DNA of 64,000 nt from Eledone cirrhosa (lineage: Eukaryota): assembly GCA_964016885.1 (NCBI GenBank), contig OZ024747.1, positions 40,920,001 to 40,984,000 of the forward strand. The letters are read 5' to 3'. Position 1 is the first letter of the stretch. Every line of letters begins with the position of its first letter. The notes under the pieces were generated by a model. It made no database searches and was not told where the DNA came from. It was given only the letters and a program-made list of their open reading frames with translations. The position numbers were made by a program, and so were the translations under genes. Positions 1 to 14,192 of this stretch are shown here, piece after piece.

Positions 1-319
1 CTTTCCATCTCTATAGTATCTATTGAGAAGGAAAGGGGAGAAGACGATGTTGACTGCGAGCTTTGTAGTCTTACCGCCTCTCCACCACCATTATCGTTGG
101 ACGCAGCATTCATAACGTAATCAAACTTTTACAATATTTTTTCCAAGATTCGATGGAGAAAAAATTTTTCAAACGAATATTTCGAAAATGAGTTGACCCA
201 CCACCTGAAGGTCCAGACGGGGAGTCAAGTTACACAATAATATAAAATTTAACTGAAAACTCACGTTTTTTTCTTACATAAATTAACGGAAACTTCTCCG
301 CGAAGTTACACACGTCTGA
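1..319 (-). mobile_element. 5' end (5' UTR plus ORF1 start) of a Tx1-clade LINE copy running off the window edge
   Basis: Near-identical to 7458-7777 of the full-length copy (gcagcattcataacgtaatc ... cgaagttacacacgtctga). Followed directly by the GATA tract. Confidence 0.9.
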
Positions 320-324
320 TAGAG

Positions 325-389
<65 letters not shown>

Positions 390-396
390 TATAGAT
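320..396. repeat. (GATA)n tract between Tx1 copies 1 and 2
   Basis: Seen directly. Equivalent tracts lie at 1582-1648, 1902-1935 and 7784-7863. Confidence 0.95.
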
Positions 397-1580
397 ATGT
401 TTCTTTTATTTGCCACTAGGGCATCAAAAGTGGGACAAGTACAAAGGGGGGAGTTTACACAAAAAGGCGTCCTCAATAAGGAGGAGGCAATAACAAAATA
501 TAAAAATAAAATAAGATATAACAAAAAATAAAATTTTTAACAAAATCCTCAATAGAGAGGAGGCGCCTTGGGGGGTCGCACACACCCCCGAAAAAAGTGT
601 GCAACCCTTTTCCTCAGGAGCACAGAGAGGGGGTGCTCCCTCGTTCCTTCCTCTTTTCCACCTACAGGCTTATGTAAAGAGAAGGCCCATTCACACGGGC
701 CATTCTCGCCACTTTCACCCACCTTTCATAAAAACGACTGGGGTGCAGCACCTCTCTCTCCATCCTGATCCTTCTTCCGAAATGATATCGGAAGAAACGG
801 ACCAGTTGTTGGCCAGAGAGAAAGGTGCCTGACCTCAGTCCTTTCAGACGCGTCCACCATACAACCTCTTTCGCCATGGCTATTACGCACAGAAACACCG
901 CCTCTGCTTCATCTTTGAAGGGGGGAGGCGGCTTGATCATTACAATAGACTCGGTGGTCAACGGGATCGGTCCCACCCTTGACAGCAGTTGTTCGACATA
1001 GCCCCACAGATCGGCTACGCCCGAGCAGTGTACCAATGCGTGTGCAACGGTTTCCTCGTCGCACACGCATCTGGGACAGATCTTTTTAGCGGGGTACCTA
1101 CCCGGGCGCCCGTGTCTGTAGAGCCTTTCTCGAACGGGTAAAGCCCCTCGGTAGCACTGCCAGGCCAGGGACTTCTGGAAGTTGTCCATAGGTCCCGGGC
1201 TGAATGTCCTACCGAACAGGCTGGCCAGTTCGTCCTCCTCCATGTCTAGGGCTTCTCCGAGGGCGTCGTCGCACCTGCTGCGTACCAGCCCTCTATAGAA
1301 TGTTGCGGTGGAGTCTCCACTGATAACCGGATCCGCCTGCCAGAGGGCGGTAAGCGCCTGGGCACACTCAGTGTGCCAGGCGCCCAGTTTTCTCGGTCTT
1401 TGCTTGACCCAGGATTGCAGCTCGGTGAGTGAGACGAGTCTGGGAAAGGTTCGTCTCACAAACGAGGCCCACACCGGTTGTCCGGTGAGGAATACGTAGA
1501 GGTGCCGTAGCCTTAATGCGTGTTTACGCATCATTAGCCACGGCATCCCCAGCCCTCCTTTCGAAGGGTGTTGACAGCAG

Positions 1581-1581
<1 letters not shown>
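397..1581 (-). mobile_element. 5'-truncated Tx1 copy of a divergent subfamily (ORF2 C-terminus plus 3' UTR)
   Basis: 662-1580 encodes CCQHPSKGGLG...CPRC...ETVAHALVHC...SLYISL, homologous to but diverged from the ORF2 end at 2173-3090. The 3' UTR ends AATAAAAGAAAC on the minus strand and runs into (TCTA)n. Confidence 0.92.
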
Positions 1582-1648
<67 letters not shown>

Positions 1649-1649
<1 letters not shown>

Positions 1650-1901
1650 TGTTTCTTTATTAGCCACAGGGGCACAAAAGAAGGGCCAAATATAAATGGG
1701 GAAGTGTACATACAATAAAAACGTGTAAAATACTATCACAAATGCAATTTAAAAATCAATCGATTTTCCCCAATAAAGGGAGACATTTAATATGGGTAAC
1801 ACATACCCCCGAAAAAATGTGCAACCCTCATCTCCAGGAGTACGAAAAGTGAGTACCCCCTTCCTCTCTTCCTCTTTTTCTTCAACCTACAGGCTGATAT
1901 A
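1649..1901 (-). mobile_element. Very short 5'-truncated Tx1 copy (3' UTR plus last codons of ORF2)
   Basis: Closely matches 1936-2186. Flanked on both sides by GATA repeats. Confidence 0.9.
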
Positions 1902-1902
1902 T

Positions 1903-1936
<34 letters not shown>

Positions 1937-2172
1937 TTCTTTATTAGCCACAGGGGCACAAAAGAAGGGGACAAATACAAAGGGGGAAGTTTACATACAA
2001 TAAAAACGTGTAAAATGTTATCACAGATGGAATTTAAAAGTTAGTCGATTTTCCCCAATAGAGGGAGACAGTTTATATGGGTAACACAGACCCCCGAAAA
2101 AAATGTGCAACCCTCATCTCCAGGAGTACGAAGAGCTTGTACTCCTTTCCTCTCCTCCTCCTTTTCCTCAAC

Positions 2173-5100
2173 CTACAGGCTGATATAGAGAGAAGGCCCA
2201 TTCACTCGGGCCATTCTCGCCACTTTCACCCACCTTTCATAAAACTTGCTGGGGTACAGCACCTCTCTCTCCATCCTGATTCTTCTTCCAAAGTGGTATT
2301 TGAAAAAAAGAATCAGTTGTTGGCCGGAGAGAAAGGTGTCTGACCTCAGCCCTTTCAACCTTGTCCACCATACAACCTCTTTCGCCATAGCTATCACACA
2401 AAGGAAAACCGCCTCTCCTTCGTTTTTGAAGGAGGGTGGCGGTTTGATCATGACAATGGACTCGGTGGTCAACTGGATTGGTCCCACCCGCGACAATAGT
2501 CGTTCTACATAGCCCCACAGGTCATTGACGCCCGGGCAGTGTATGAATGCGTGCGCCACGGTTTCTTCGTCTCGCACGCACCTCGGACAGATCTTTTTTG
2601 CAGGGTCCCTGCCCGGGCGCCCATGTCTGTAGAGCTTCTCTCGAACTGGTAGAGCTCCTCGGTAGCACTGCCAGGCCAGGGACTTTTGGAAGTTGTCCAT
2701 CGGTCCCGGGCGGAAGGTCCTACCGAACAGACTGGCCAGTTCATCTTCCTCCACGCCTAGAGTTTCACCGAGCGCGTCGTCGCACTTGCTGCGGACCAAC
2801 CCTTTATAGAATGACGAAGTGGAGTCTCCACTGATCGCTGGGTCCGCCTGCCAGAGGGCTGTGAGCGCCTGAGCACATTCGATGTGCCAGTCGCCCATTT
2901 TCCTCGGTCTCTGCTTGACCCAGGACTGCAGCTCGGTCAGCGAGACGAGTCGTGGGAAGGCTCGCCTCACGAACGGGGCCCACACCGGTTGTCCGGTGAG
3001 GAATACGTAGAGATGCCGCAGCCTGAGCGCGTGTTTGCGCATCGTCAACCACGGCATTCCCAGCCCTCCGTTAGAAGGGTGTTGGCAGCAGATGGATCTT
3101 CTTACCAAAGGAGCCCGCCTCTTCCAAAGGAATCGGAAGAGGGCGCGCTCCATTTTGGCGAGCGTTTTGGCTGGACAAGGCACGACGGTCAAGCGGTAGT
3201 AGATGGCGGACGCTATAAAAGTGTTCGCCACCTCCGCTCGACCTTTCAAGGATAGTTTGCACTCGGCCCACTTCTGGGTGAGTGCAAACACCTTGGCCGT
3301 CACTTCGTTCCAGTTCTTCTCCACCTGGAGGTCCGGACCAAACCAGACCCCGAGCAGCTTTACCGGTCCTTCCGTCCAGCGTCCGACGACGCCATCGGAA
3401 GGCATCGGTCTGCCTCTCCACGATCCGAGTTGCAAACCGATGGACTTGTCCCGGTTCAGCTTCGCTCCTGTGAGACTTTCGTATTCCTTTAGTAAGGTGC
3501 CGACTTCCTCGATTTGCGAGGCGCTCGACACCATTACTGTCACGTCGTCGGCGTAGGCCGACGCCGCTTTCCGCAGTCCCGGTTCCAGAGGGATGCCCTG
3601 CAATATCTCCAGCTTCCGCAGTAGTGGCTCGAGAGTCAGTACGTACAGAAGGGAGGAGAGAGGGCATCCCTGTCGAATGGATCGCGTAATATGGAACGGC
3701 TCCGAGAGGTAGCCGTTCACCTTGACCCTTGAGCAGATGTTGCTGTTGTGCATTGCAGCAATCCAGCCCCTGAACACGGGTCCGAAGCCTGCCGCCTCGA
3801 GCACCGCATCCAGGTAACGATGGTCAACCCTATCGAAAGCCTTAGACTGATCCAAGTTGATCAGGGCCCCACCGAAGCCGGGTTTACACCCTACCCTCTC
3901 TATGATGTATCGCATGAGGTGGAGGTTGTCGTGTATGGACCTGGTCGGGATCGCGCATGTCTGCGCTTCTCCCACCAGGTTCTCGACGACAAGCGCCAGC
4001 CTCTTTGCCAACACCTTGGCCAAAATCTGTAACTCTGTGTTTAGCAGAGTTATGGGCCGGAAGTTGCCTATGTCATCCCCCTTATTCTCGTCCTTCCTGA
4101 TTAGTGTGACCACGCCCCCGGTTACAGAACTGGGAATTCTCCTGTTCTGTTGCCAGTTGCAGTAGACCGCTTCCAGGAGACCGGAGAATAAGTCCGGCAT
4201 TGCTACGTAAAATTCGTAGGGTAGACCGTCGAGACCTGGAGATTTGCGTTTGCCGCATTGGCTCAGCGCGTCCCCTATCTCAGTGGCTGAAATCGGCTTT
4301 TCGCAGAACTTCGCCTCACTGTCCGAGAGTCGCGGTAGGCCGTCGAGGTATGGACCGAAATCCATAGCCTCTCCCGGCGCGCCGCTCCCCCCGAACAGCC
4401 GAGCAAAGTGCTGCTGAAAAGCCGCACACATCTGCTTCGGCTCACGTATCACGCGTCCGTTTTGGTCCTTCAAAGACCGAATCGTGGACTTGTTGCCACT
4501 TTTTGCCTCCGTCACCCGGGCCCAGCCAACAGCTTTGGCTCCCTCGTTTCCCAGAGCACGTATTTTGCTTCTGACAACGCAGCCCTCGTGCTTTGCGTCG
4601 AAGAACTGGTCCAAGGCCGTTCTCGTTGCTAGCACGCTGGCTACGTTGCCACTTCTAATTGCCTCTTCTACTTTATCTACCAGTTCCTTCTCGGTTCTAT
4701 TTCTATCTAACGCTAATTCTTTACTAAAAACTATCGAGTCTAATCTAACTGCCCTCTTGAGAGAGTACCACCATCTGTTGTTGACAATGGCCCCTGTCAA
4801 GTGCTGTTTAACTAAAGTGCTAATCCGTCTACTGTAGGCTTTGCTTGTCGGTAACGACAAGTTCAGCTTCCAGTAGCCGGGTCCTTGTCTATGGGTTCTA
4901 TCAAGGTTGGCCATGCAGGTCACTAGTTTGTGATCTGAATAGGCAACCATGAACATTTGTGGACAGCTTAACATGTCCCTATCCTTATTTCTAACTAGAA
5001 CCCTATCTAGGTACGATCTAGATGTTCCGCTACGATTACTCCACGTCCACATTGGCGCAGTCGGAAAATCTAGTCGATATCTATCGGCCAGGTCAAATCG

Positions 5101-5614
5101 GTCGATTAACTGTTTGAGGCTGTTACACCCCCCTTTGTCGGGACATGCTCCCACATAGTCCCAACGTGCATCTAGGATTCCATTCCAGTCCCCCACTAAA
5201 AGCAAGGAGCGGGACGTTCCCAGAAAAGTCTCTAGACGTTTGAAGAAGTCTGGCCGCGGTGTCCCGGATGGGGCATATGCGGCCACCAGCCTGAAGGCTC
5301 CACCTTCACTACCGTCAACGTCTAGGACCACCAGTCGACCCTCCGGGTCCAGATGTACCGTCTGTGTTACGCGGCCCAGGTGTTTCCGCAGCAAAACGGC
5401 AACTCCGCCCCCACCCACCCCCCGGTTGACAGAGAGATGCGTAGATCTCAAAGTCATCGAAGATGGGGGCCAGCTGTCGCTCGCCGTGGATCCTGGACTC
5501 GCAAATGGCTACCACATCCAAACTGTGTGACCTGAGGTCGTTTAAGAGTTTGCCCTGTTTCCAGGGCATCCCCAGGCCGCGTACGTTCACACATCCATCT
5601 CTTATATTGGCCAT
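2173..5614 (-). CDS. ORF2 polyprotein (AP-endonuclease, reverse transcriptase, C-terminal Zn finger), ~1146 aa with one frameshift near 5420
   Basis: The N-terminus MANIRDGCVNVRGL..DVVAICES (frame 5315-5614) joins GVAVLL, AYAP, VGDWN, SYLDR, SDHK (APE), KSPGLDGLP, FRPITLLN, LDQSKAFDRVDH, QGCPLS, YADD (RT) and CPRC..ETVAHAFIHC in frame 2173-5457. Removing one G from the G6 run at 5418-5423 fuses the frames. Confidence 0.92.
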
Positions 5615-5647
5615 GTTGGTGCTGAAAAGTTAAAAGAGGAAAAGAGA

Positions 5648-7558
5648 TCACTCACCCTTCGCCTCCTGGGGACCAGGCCGCACGATTTCCATGGGGGTGT
5701 TGGAGGGGTTGTCTGGATGGGTGGTGGTTTCCGGCGGGGTGGGGACGCAGATGTTTGGTGGGGTGGGGTCTGGTGGAATGGGGGTGTCTGGGGTGGGGAG
5801 GCATTTGAGAAGGACGCGGTTGAGTGGTTTCACGCAGGAATTCCCCACATCCTTCTCAAATGTTTCTTTTAGGGACCTATAAGTTTGTATAGGGACCCTA
5901 ATCAGTTTTAGGTTCAGTTTTTTGCTATTTTTTATAGAGTGGGCGAAAGTTTTCCCTTCGGTGAAAACCGAAGGGTCGTTCGTGATGGTCTCCATTAGTG
6001 TTTTGTTTTCAGTGTTTATGTAAGTGTAAGTGTAATTTTCTTGTGTTGTGTTTGTTTTTGTCTGTAGTTCTTGTGTGTGCTTTCGTTTTGTTGTAGGTAT
6101 TTTGTTTTCAGGAGGTGGGGGTTTTGTTTGTGATATTTTTGTTGTTTGTGTTGGTGGTTGTATGTTTGTGGTAGTGTTTGCTGGTTTTTTGCTTTTGTGA
6201 TGTCTTTTCTTTCTTTTCGAGCGATGGGGTTCTCCCTCGTCTTCACTGGGTGATGGCGAGATAGCCTCATCTGTTGTATCGTCTGTGTGATTGGGGAGGG
6301 GTATGTCTTGGGGAGCTGTTGTGTCTGTATGTGATTTTGCAGTGGTTTTAGGTGGAGTGGGGTTGGGTGGGACTGTGTTTGTTGTGGTTATTTTTGTGTG
6401 TTGGTGTTGTTGTGGTGGTGTTGGTGGTTGTGTTGTTTTGATGGGTGTCGGCAGAAGAGCCTTTTTTTGGTTCATTAGTTTAGGACAGGAAGCCCTCAGG
6501 TGACCCCTGCTAAAGCAATGGTAACATGAAGGCCGCCTACCCTCAACCGAAAGGTTTATGTAGGTAAGTCCGTCCAGGAGTACACGCTGTGGGATCATAG
6601 CTATTCGCTCTGGGCTCATTTGCACCAGAACTTCAATGCTAGTCCCATTGAATACATCTCTGGGGGACTTGCCTACTGACAGTATTCTGTCTTCATCAAA
6701 ATTGATGAAGCCGCACAGTATCCACCATATGTTCACCTTTGGTGTGACACTTGTGATTCTGATCTTTTGTGTCCTTTTTCCCATGTATGTAGGGAAAAAG
6801 GTGTACAGGTTGGATACAATTGGCGACACAGAGTAATTTTGGGCCGTCAATTGATCCTTCATCAGTACCGAAATACTCCCAAAAAGTTTGCTTCTTTGAA
6901 TGAATGCAATATCATTCATTGAATCTTTGAAAACCAGTTCAATATCTTTCTGTGACAATTGGACTGGTTTTCGGGTAGAATTGGAAACTGTCCTAAAAAC
7001 TATCGTTTTGAGCGCAGTTTCCTTGCGAATTTCTACCGGAGAATTGATGCTGAAAGCACCATTTTTTTCGAAGGTGACATATCTCTTAGCGTCCTTTAAA
7101 AGGTGTTCAGCATTTGTTATGTCGAGATATATCAATTGTTCTTTCTTTTGAACTTTCTCCGCAAAGGAGATTTTTGGTTTCTTTGTGGAATCCGTATTGG
7201 TGGTGTTGTCATTATTGTTGTTATTCTTGTTGTTATTCTTGTTGTCACCGATGTTGGTATCATCCGTATTTTCCTTGGTGTTGTTGTTGTCTTTGATGCT
7301 GGTGTTATTGGCGTTGTCTTTATTTTTTTCTTTGTTGTTGTTATCATTGTTGCTTTTATCATCATTATTGGTTTTGCTGTTATTTTTGTTGTCATTGAGC
7401 TGTTTGGTGTCATTTGTGTTGTTTGGATGTGAATTCGTTTTTTTATTTTCATTTTGTCTTTCCATCTCTATAGTATCTAGTGAAGAAGACGTTGTTGACT
7501 GCGAGCTCTGTAGTCTTACCGCCTCTCCACCACCATTATCGTTGGACGCAGCGTTCAT
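5648..7558 (-). CDS. ORF1 nucleic-acid-binding protein (636 aa) with CCHC zinc knuckle
   Basis: Intact ORF directly upstream of ORF2. Contains CYHCFSRGHLRASC (CX2CX4HX4C), an Asn/Lys-rich N-terminus and a Pro/Thr-rich C-terminus. Confidence 0.88.
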   Translation of the reverse strand: MNAASNDNGGGEAVRLQSSQSTTSSSLDTIEMERQNENKKTNSHPNNTNDTKQLNDNKNNSKTNNDDKSNNDNNNKEKNKDNANNTSIKDNNNTKENTDDTNIGDNKNNNKNNNNNDNTTNTDSTKKPKISFAEKVQKKEQLIYLDITNAEHLLKDAKRYVTFEKNGAFSINSPVEIRKETALKTIVFRTVSNSTRKPVQLSQKDIELVFKDSMNDIAFIQRSKLFGSISVLMKDQLTAQNYSVSPIVSNLYTFFPTYMGKRTQKIRITSVTPKVNIWWILCGFINFDEDRILSVGKSPRDVFNGTSIEVLVQMSPERIAMIPQRVLLDGLTYINLSVEGRRPSCYHCFSRGHLRASCPKLMNQKKALLPTPIKTTQPPTPPQQHQHTKITTTNTVPPNPTPPKTTAKSHTDTTAPQDIPLPNHTDDTTDEAISPSPSEDEGEPHRSKRKKRHHKSKKPANTTTNIQPPTQTTKISQTKPPPPENKIPTTKRKHTQELQTKTNTTQENYTYTYINTENKTLMETITNDPSVFTEGKTFAHSIKNSKKLNLKLIRVPIQTYRSLKETFEKDVGNSCVKPLNRVLLKCLPTPDTPIPPDPTPPNICVPTPPETTTHPDNPSNTPMEIVRPGPQEAKGE

Positions 7559-7782
7559 AACGTAATCAAAATTTTACAATATTTTTTCCAAGATTCGATG
7601 GAGAAAAATTTTTTAAATGGATATTCCGCCCCTGAAGGGGCGAAAATGAGTTGACCCACCACCTGAAGGTCCAGACGGGTGGTCAAGTTACACAATGATA
7701 TAAAATTGAACTAAAAACTCACGTTTTTTCCTTACATAAATTAACGGAAACTTCTCCGCGAAGTGACACACGACTGATAGAG

Positions 7783-7863
<81 letters not shown>

Positions 7864-7949
7864 TGCCCTACACTTATCGTTTCGGGAATTCTCAACGGGA
7901 CTTTTCGAGTCAGGTTTTGGTCTTTGGTATTTTGATAATTAGTAGTCGT

Positions 7950-8292
7950 GTGAGAAAGTGGCGAATTGGCAGAGTCATTAGAATTTCGGATAGAATACTT
8001 TGTAGCATTCGTTCCGGTTCTCTACTCTCTGACTTCAAATCCCGCCGAGGTCAACTTTGCCTTTCATCCTTTCGAGGCCGATAAAAAAATAGTACGAGTA
8101 TAGTACTAGGATCGATTCTTCCTCCATATCTCTTTCTCATTTCTTTTCTCTCACTCTCTATCTTTCTATGGAAGGCATCTGCTGTATTCAGACCTGGGGA
8201 GTAGATGGGTTCTGCCAGGTTACAAAATGCTCAAGAAACATTGTATATCATTATGGTGCCCTAAAACTCCATCAAGCGTTACAGGTCTATAC
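7950..8292 (+). mobile_element. tRNA-derived SINE family 1, long-tail variant (also 28610-28950 and 58685-59020 on minus)
   Basis: A-box-like tggcagagtcattag, B-box-like ttcaaatccc, conserved core gcctttcatcctttcgagg..gataaaa. The 3' extension (gtattcagacct...) is shared by all three copies. Confidence 0.7.
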
Positions 8293-10006
8293 TTTCGTAT
8301 GAAAAGGAAAAGCAACGTGTTGCTGTGTTGCTGTGATAATCAAATGTTAGTATATGATTCATGTCTATCTCCGATTGATGACTTGTATGAGTGTTTTTGG
8401 TAAGAGATGAGTTACAGAAAACATTAGATTTTTCACTCGCTATTTACAGCGTATGGAATCTATTTAAACAGTATTTCCTTTGGAAGCCAATCCCTATTGT
8501 TTGCCAAGAGGCGGCTTTGGAGTTGTGTTAGTATTTGATATTTTCAGCTGAATGATGTGTGCATTACTTAAATATGTTTACGCTTTTAAACAGTTTCACT
8601 GATATGTAGAAAACAAATGAGAAACACATTTACTGTCTAATAGAAAATTAAGAATGGATTTCCTAAACATAAGCAAAACGACATAGTCGAGGATTTTTAC
8701 TTTCTCTGTTAAACTAAGGAAGCTGTTTTGTGATCGAATCATGATCTAGGTCATAACAATGAGAAAAGATAGAATCAAAACAAAGACATACGATAACATT
8801 CTTGTCTAGTATTGGAATCCGATATTCAGACCGACTGTACAAGTATAATTGAACAAATATATCATAATGGAACAATATATAAACTCTTTAGTATATCTTT
8901 CTGCAGCCAAGAATACAGTTTTGTATACGAAATAATCGCAAGGTAATATATAAGAAAGAAAACAAAATTCATAAAAATACTACATGTAAGGAAAAGAAAA
9001 TATAATTAAAAGCAAAACAAAACGTCATGCCACATCTACGAAACTTTTACTTAACTTCGCTCTCAGTTTTTCCTTTCCATAACTACAAATATTAGGAACA
9101 GCCTTCACCCAATTTCCCTTTAAAAGGATGAAGGTAAACATCAGTTAAATGGACCTCGTAGTTTAACCCGACAAAATATTTTTTTTAATGGTTTCCAGAT
9201 TTGTTATTTTCTCAAACCAAACTATCCTTCTTGATTTCATAAATTTTAGTCGCGTTAATGTAATATCTTTTGCTTAGTGAAGCATTACGGGAACTTTTAT
9301 CTCTCAGTAATCATGAAACGAAACCAAACCTTCCGTGTAAAAAAGCAAGAATTTAATGTAGTTATGTTCTTCTATCATATAGGTTTATTTCTTTCATTTA
9401 ACTCAGTAAGAAAAAAAAAGAAGATATAGAAATAAACTAAACAATTGCGTGAATGATTCTTTTTTCTTTTTCTTATTCTTAAATCGATTGTTACTGCGAC
9501 CGAATGGGATATGGCTAAGCTAGTGTGCTAATGTTATGGAAAAAGATCTGGGCGATAGAAGGAAAAACAAATCACTTGTATAGAAATTTATAAGCGAAGA
9601 TGTTTTATATGGAGAGGGATTGCACATCACTACGTTGTTTATTATTGTTTACGTTGTTTCAAGTGAGTGCAAATTTAATTCCTATATTCGTTAGAAACAT
9701 CATTTCAGTGAGATTTATATAGCAATATAATACTGCTTTCACTAAACAAAAAAGGTGAAATAGAGAAAATTCAATTGACTCCAATATATTGTTAGCAGTT
9801 ATCGAATTTGGAATGTTAAAAGTTGGAGTAGACATCTGTGTCATGTGATCTCAGTACAAGGATAAAGTAGATTACATTTAGCAAGGCGTTTAGGGGAACA
9901 AAAACAAAACTTATACACATATATACATGAATATATACATACATGCAGCATATATATAGATAGATAGATAAATATACACGGGTGTGTATGATTGTGTATA
10001 GAAGAT

Positions 10007-10580
<574 letters not shown>

Positions 10581-11082
10581 TTCGATTTGTGCTGTTTATG
10601 CAATTGTTTGCATGATTTACACATAGTGAATTCATTTGCCAAAATCTGGTGTTTTTCCCCTGTGGGTTACACATGTGCTTTTACAAAACACTGTGTCATC
10701 CACAACACTGGCGCAGAACAAAGTTCACGTTGATAACGTGATATTCCTCGTTCGATCATTATACCAAAAGCTTATTATTTTAAGCAGACAGTATTATTGA
10801 TTGAGGTGTCGCATAAACCCTGTACTGGATTATACTATCAATTCCGAGGTCCGGGTGAATATGTCATTTATTTTGTCTGACCCGTTTGGCTTGACTCGTT
10901 TTCTTTTTGGCTCAGGTGGTTAATGGCTTCTAGACCGCCTTCTCAGTTTGTATGGCCGTTATAACCTATGTTTATTGCTCTGGTCTCTTTAGCCCATGGA
11001 GCGCTTGCCAGCGTGACTCGGAATTTGCGTTGCGTTTCGCTTTTTCCTACCTTCCGAAATGCGATTCTCGCTGAATTTGTAT

Positions 11083-12665
<1,583 letters not shown>

Positions 12666-12849
12666 AATAAAAGGAATTCCAACTTTGTCTGATTGACTCG
12701 TTTTATTTAAAATCCTCTAAAAATATAATGATATTATAATGAAATAGTATGGTAGAATATTAAATGTTAAATGTTAATTGAACAAGTACTTTCATGCTTT
12801 CGCAATCTTCAAGTTTCATATTCAGTTGTGACAGTCAAGTTGGCAATGT

Positions 12850-13543
12850 GGATAGTTGGAAGATCACTGATGAAGGACAAACTTTTTTCATATGTAACCC
12901 ATTTGCAACTCCGCAGCGCCCTTATTATCATATTTACACATATTTTTCCCTCTGCTGCTACACCGTCTTTTTCGTTCTATGTATCTTTACCCTTTCTAGC
13001 AGTCCCTCTCTCTGTTAGCCTCTTCCTCACCCTTCACTCACTCATTCTCTGTCACTACCTCTCCTCCTCCTCTTTCTTCCCGTTTGACCTGTGAGTAATT
13101 CTTTTCTCTCACATTCTCGGCCAAGCTGGTCGGAATTTTTTCTCTCTCGTCTACGATTTCACAGAACTTATGTTTACCGAATTCGCAGACCAGACCCCTT
13201 CTTCCTCCCGTTAGACCTGTGCGAAATTCCTTCCTTGCTCACATTTCAACCAGGTTTGATGGTCTTTATTCTCTCGTTCACGATTTCACCGAACTTAAAT
13301 TCATAGAAATCTGGGACTTGTCTCCTTCTTCCTCACTTTCTGTTGCTTCACCATTTTGTTTGTTTACCCTCGCGTCCCCTTTATTTACGTGTCCCAACGA
13401 CTTTTTTTAGCCGTTGCTCGCACCAACCGGAGGTATATGGTCTTTAAAGCGATGAAATGCCTATGATAGTTGGAAGATCACTGATGAAGGACAAACTTTT
13501 TCATATGTAACCCATTTGCAACTCCGCAGCGCCCTTATTATCA
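12850..13543. repeat. ~85-bp direct repeats bracketing a pyrimidine-rich interior; pseudo-LTR-like remnant
   Basis: gatagttggaagatcactgatgaaggacaaact...cgcccttattatcata occurs at ~12850-12933 and ~13465-13543. Confidence 0.6.
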
Positions 13544-13576
13544 TATATATATATATATAATATATATATATATATG

Positions 13577-13695
<119 letters not shown>

Positions 13696-14015
13696 GTATG
13701 TATATACATAAATATAAGTATATATACGTACATACATATATGTGTACAAACGTAAACCCATACGTACATATATATATATGTACGTATGGGTTTACCGAAC
13801 ATTTATTATAATGTTCGGTTTGTTTGTAAACAAACAGCTCGAATTATAATAAATGTTCTGTAAACTCATACGTACATATATATATGTGTGCATGTATGTA
13901 TATATATATACATACTACTGTACGTCTGTACACATATATGTATGTACCTATACATATTTATATTTAGGTATCAGCCGTACTAAGCGTGAGAAATGAAATT
14001 TCGTTTCATTCTTTT

Positions 14016-14062
<47 letters not shown>

Positions 14063-14192
14063 GAGGTTATATTTAATTTGTTGGGATACAACAAGCAAAA
14101 TATTTTTATAGCTGATATAAAGCACTCAACAAATTATTGGAGTAAATATACAATATAGTAACAAATGGAAACTATATTTATAAAACCATATT

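Larger units (their letters stand above)
1936..7777 (-). mobile_element. Full-length ~5.8 kb Tx1 (L1-clade) non-LTR retrotransposon embedded in (GATA)n
   Basis: 5' UTR, ORF1, 33-nt spacer, ORF2 (APE+RT+Zn), 3' UTR with AATAAA. GATA tracts at both ends. Confidence 0.93.

Noticed and set aside
1582-1711. N-terminal extension of the 349-aa ORF (662-1711)
   Set aside because: It is read-through of a neighbouring copy's 3' UTR and the TCTA tract (IYLS repeats), not a real start.
2237-5651. Overlapping and antisense ORFs within Tx1 ORF2 (also 57061-58023)
   Set aside because: These are by-products of GC-rich coding sequence with no recognisable motifs. Only 5315-5614 is real, as the ORF2 N-terminus.
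13450-13495. Possible permuted (type II) hammerhead GAAA-TGCC-TA-TGAT..ATCA-CTGATGA
   Set aside because: Stem I pairs, but no convincing stem II forms and stem III is not palindromic.
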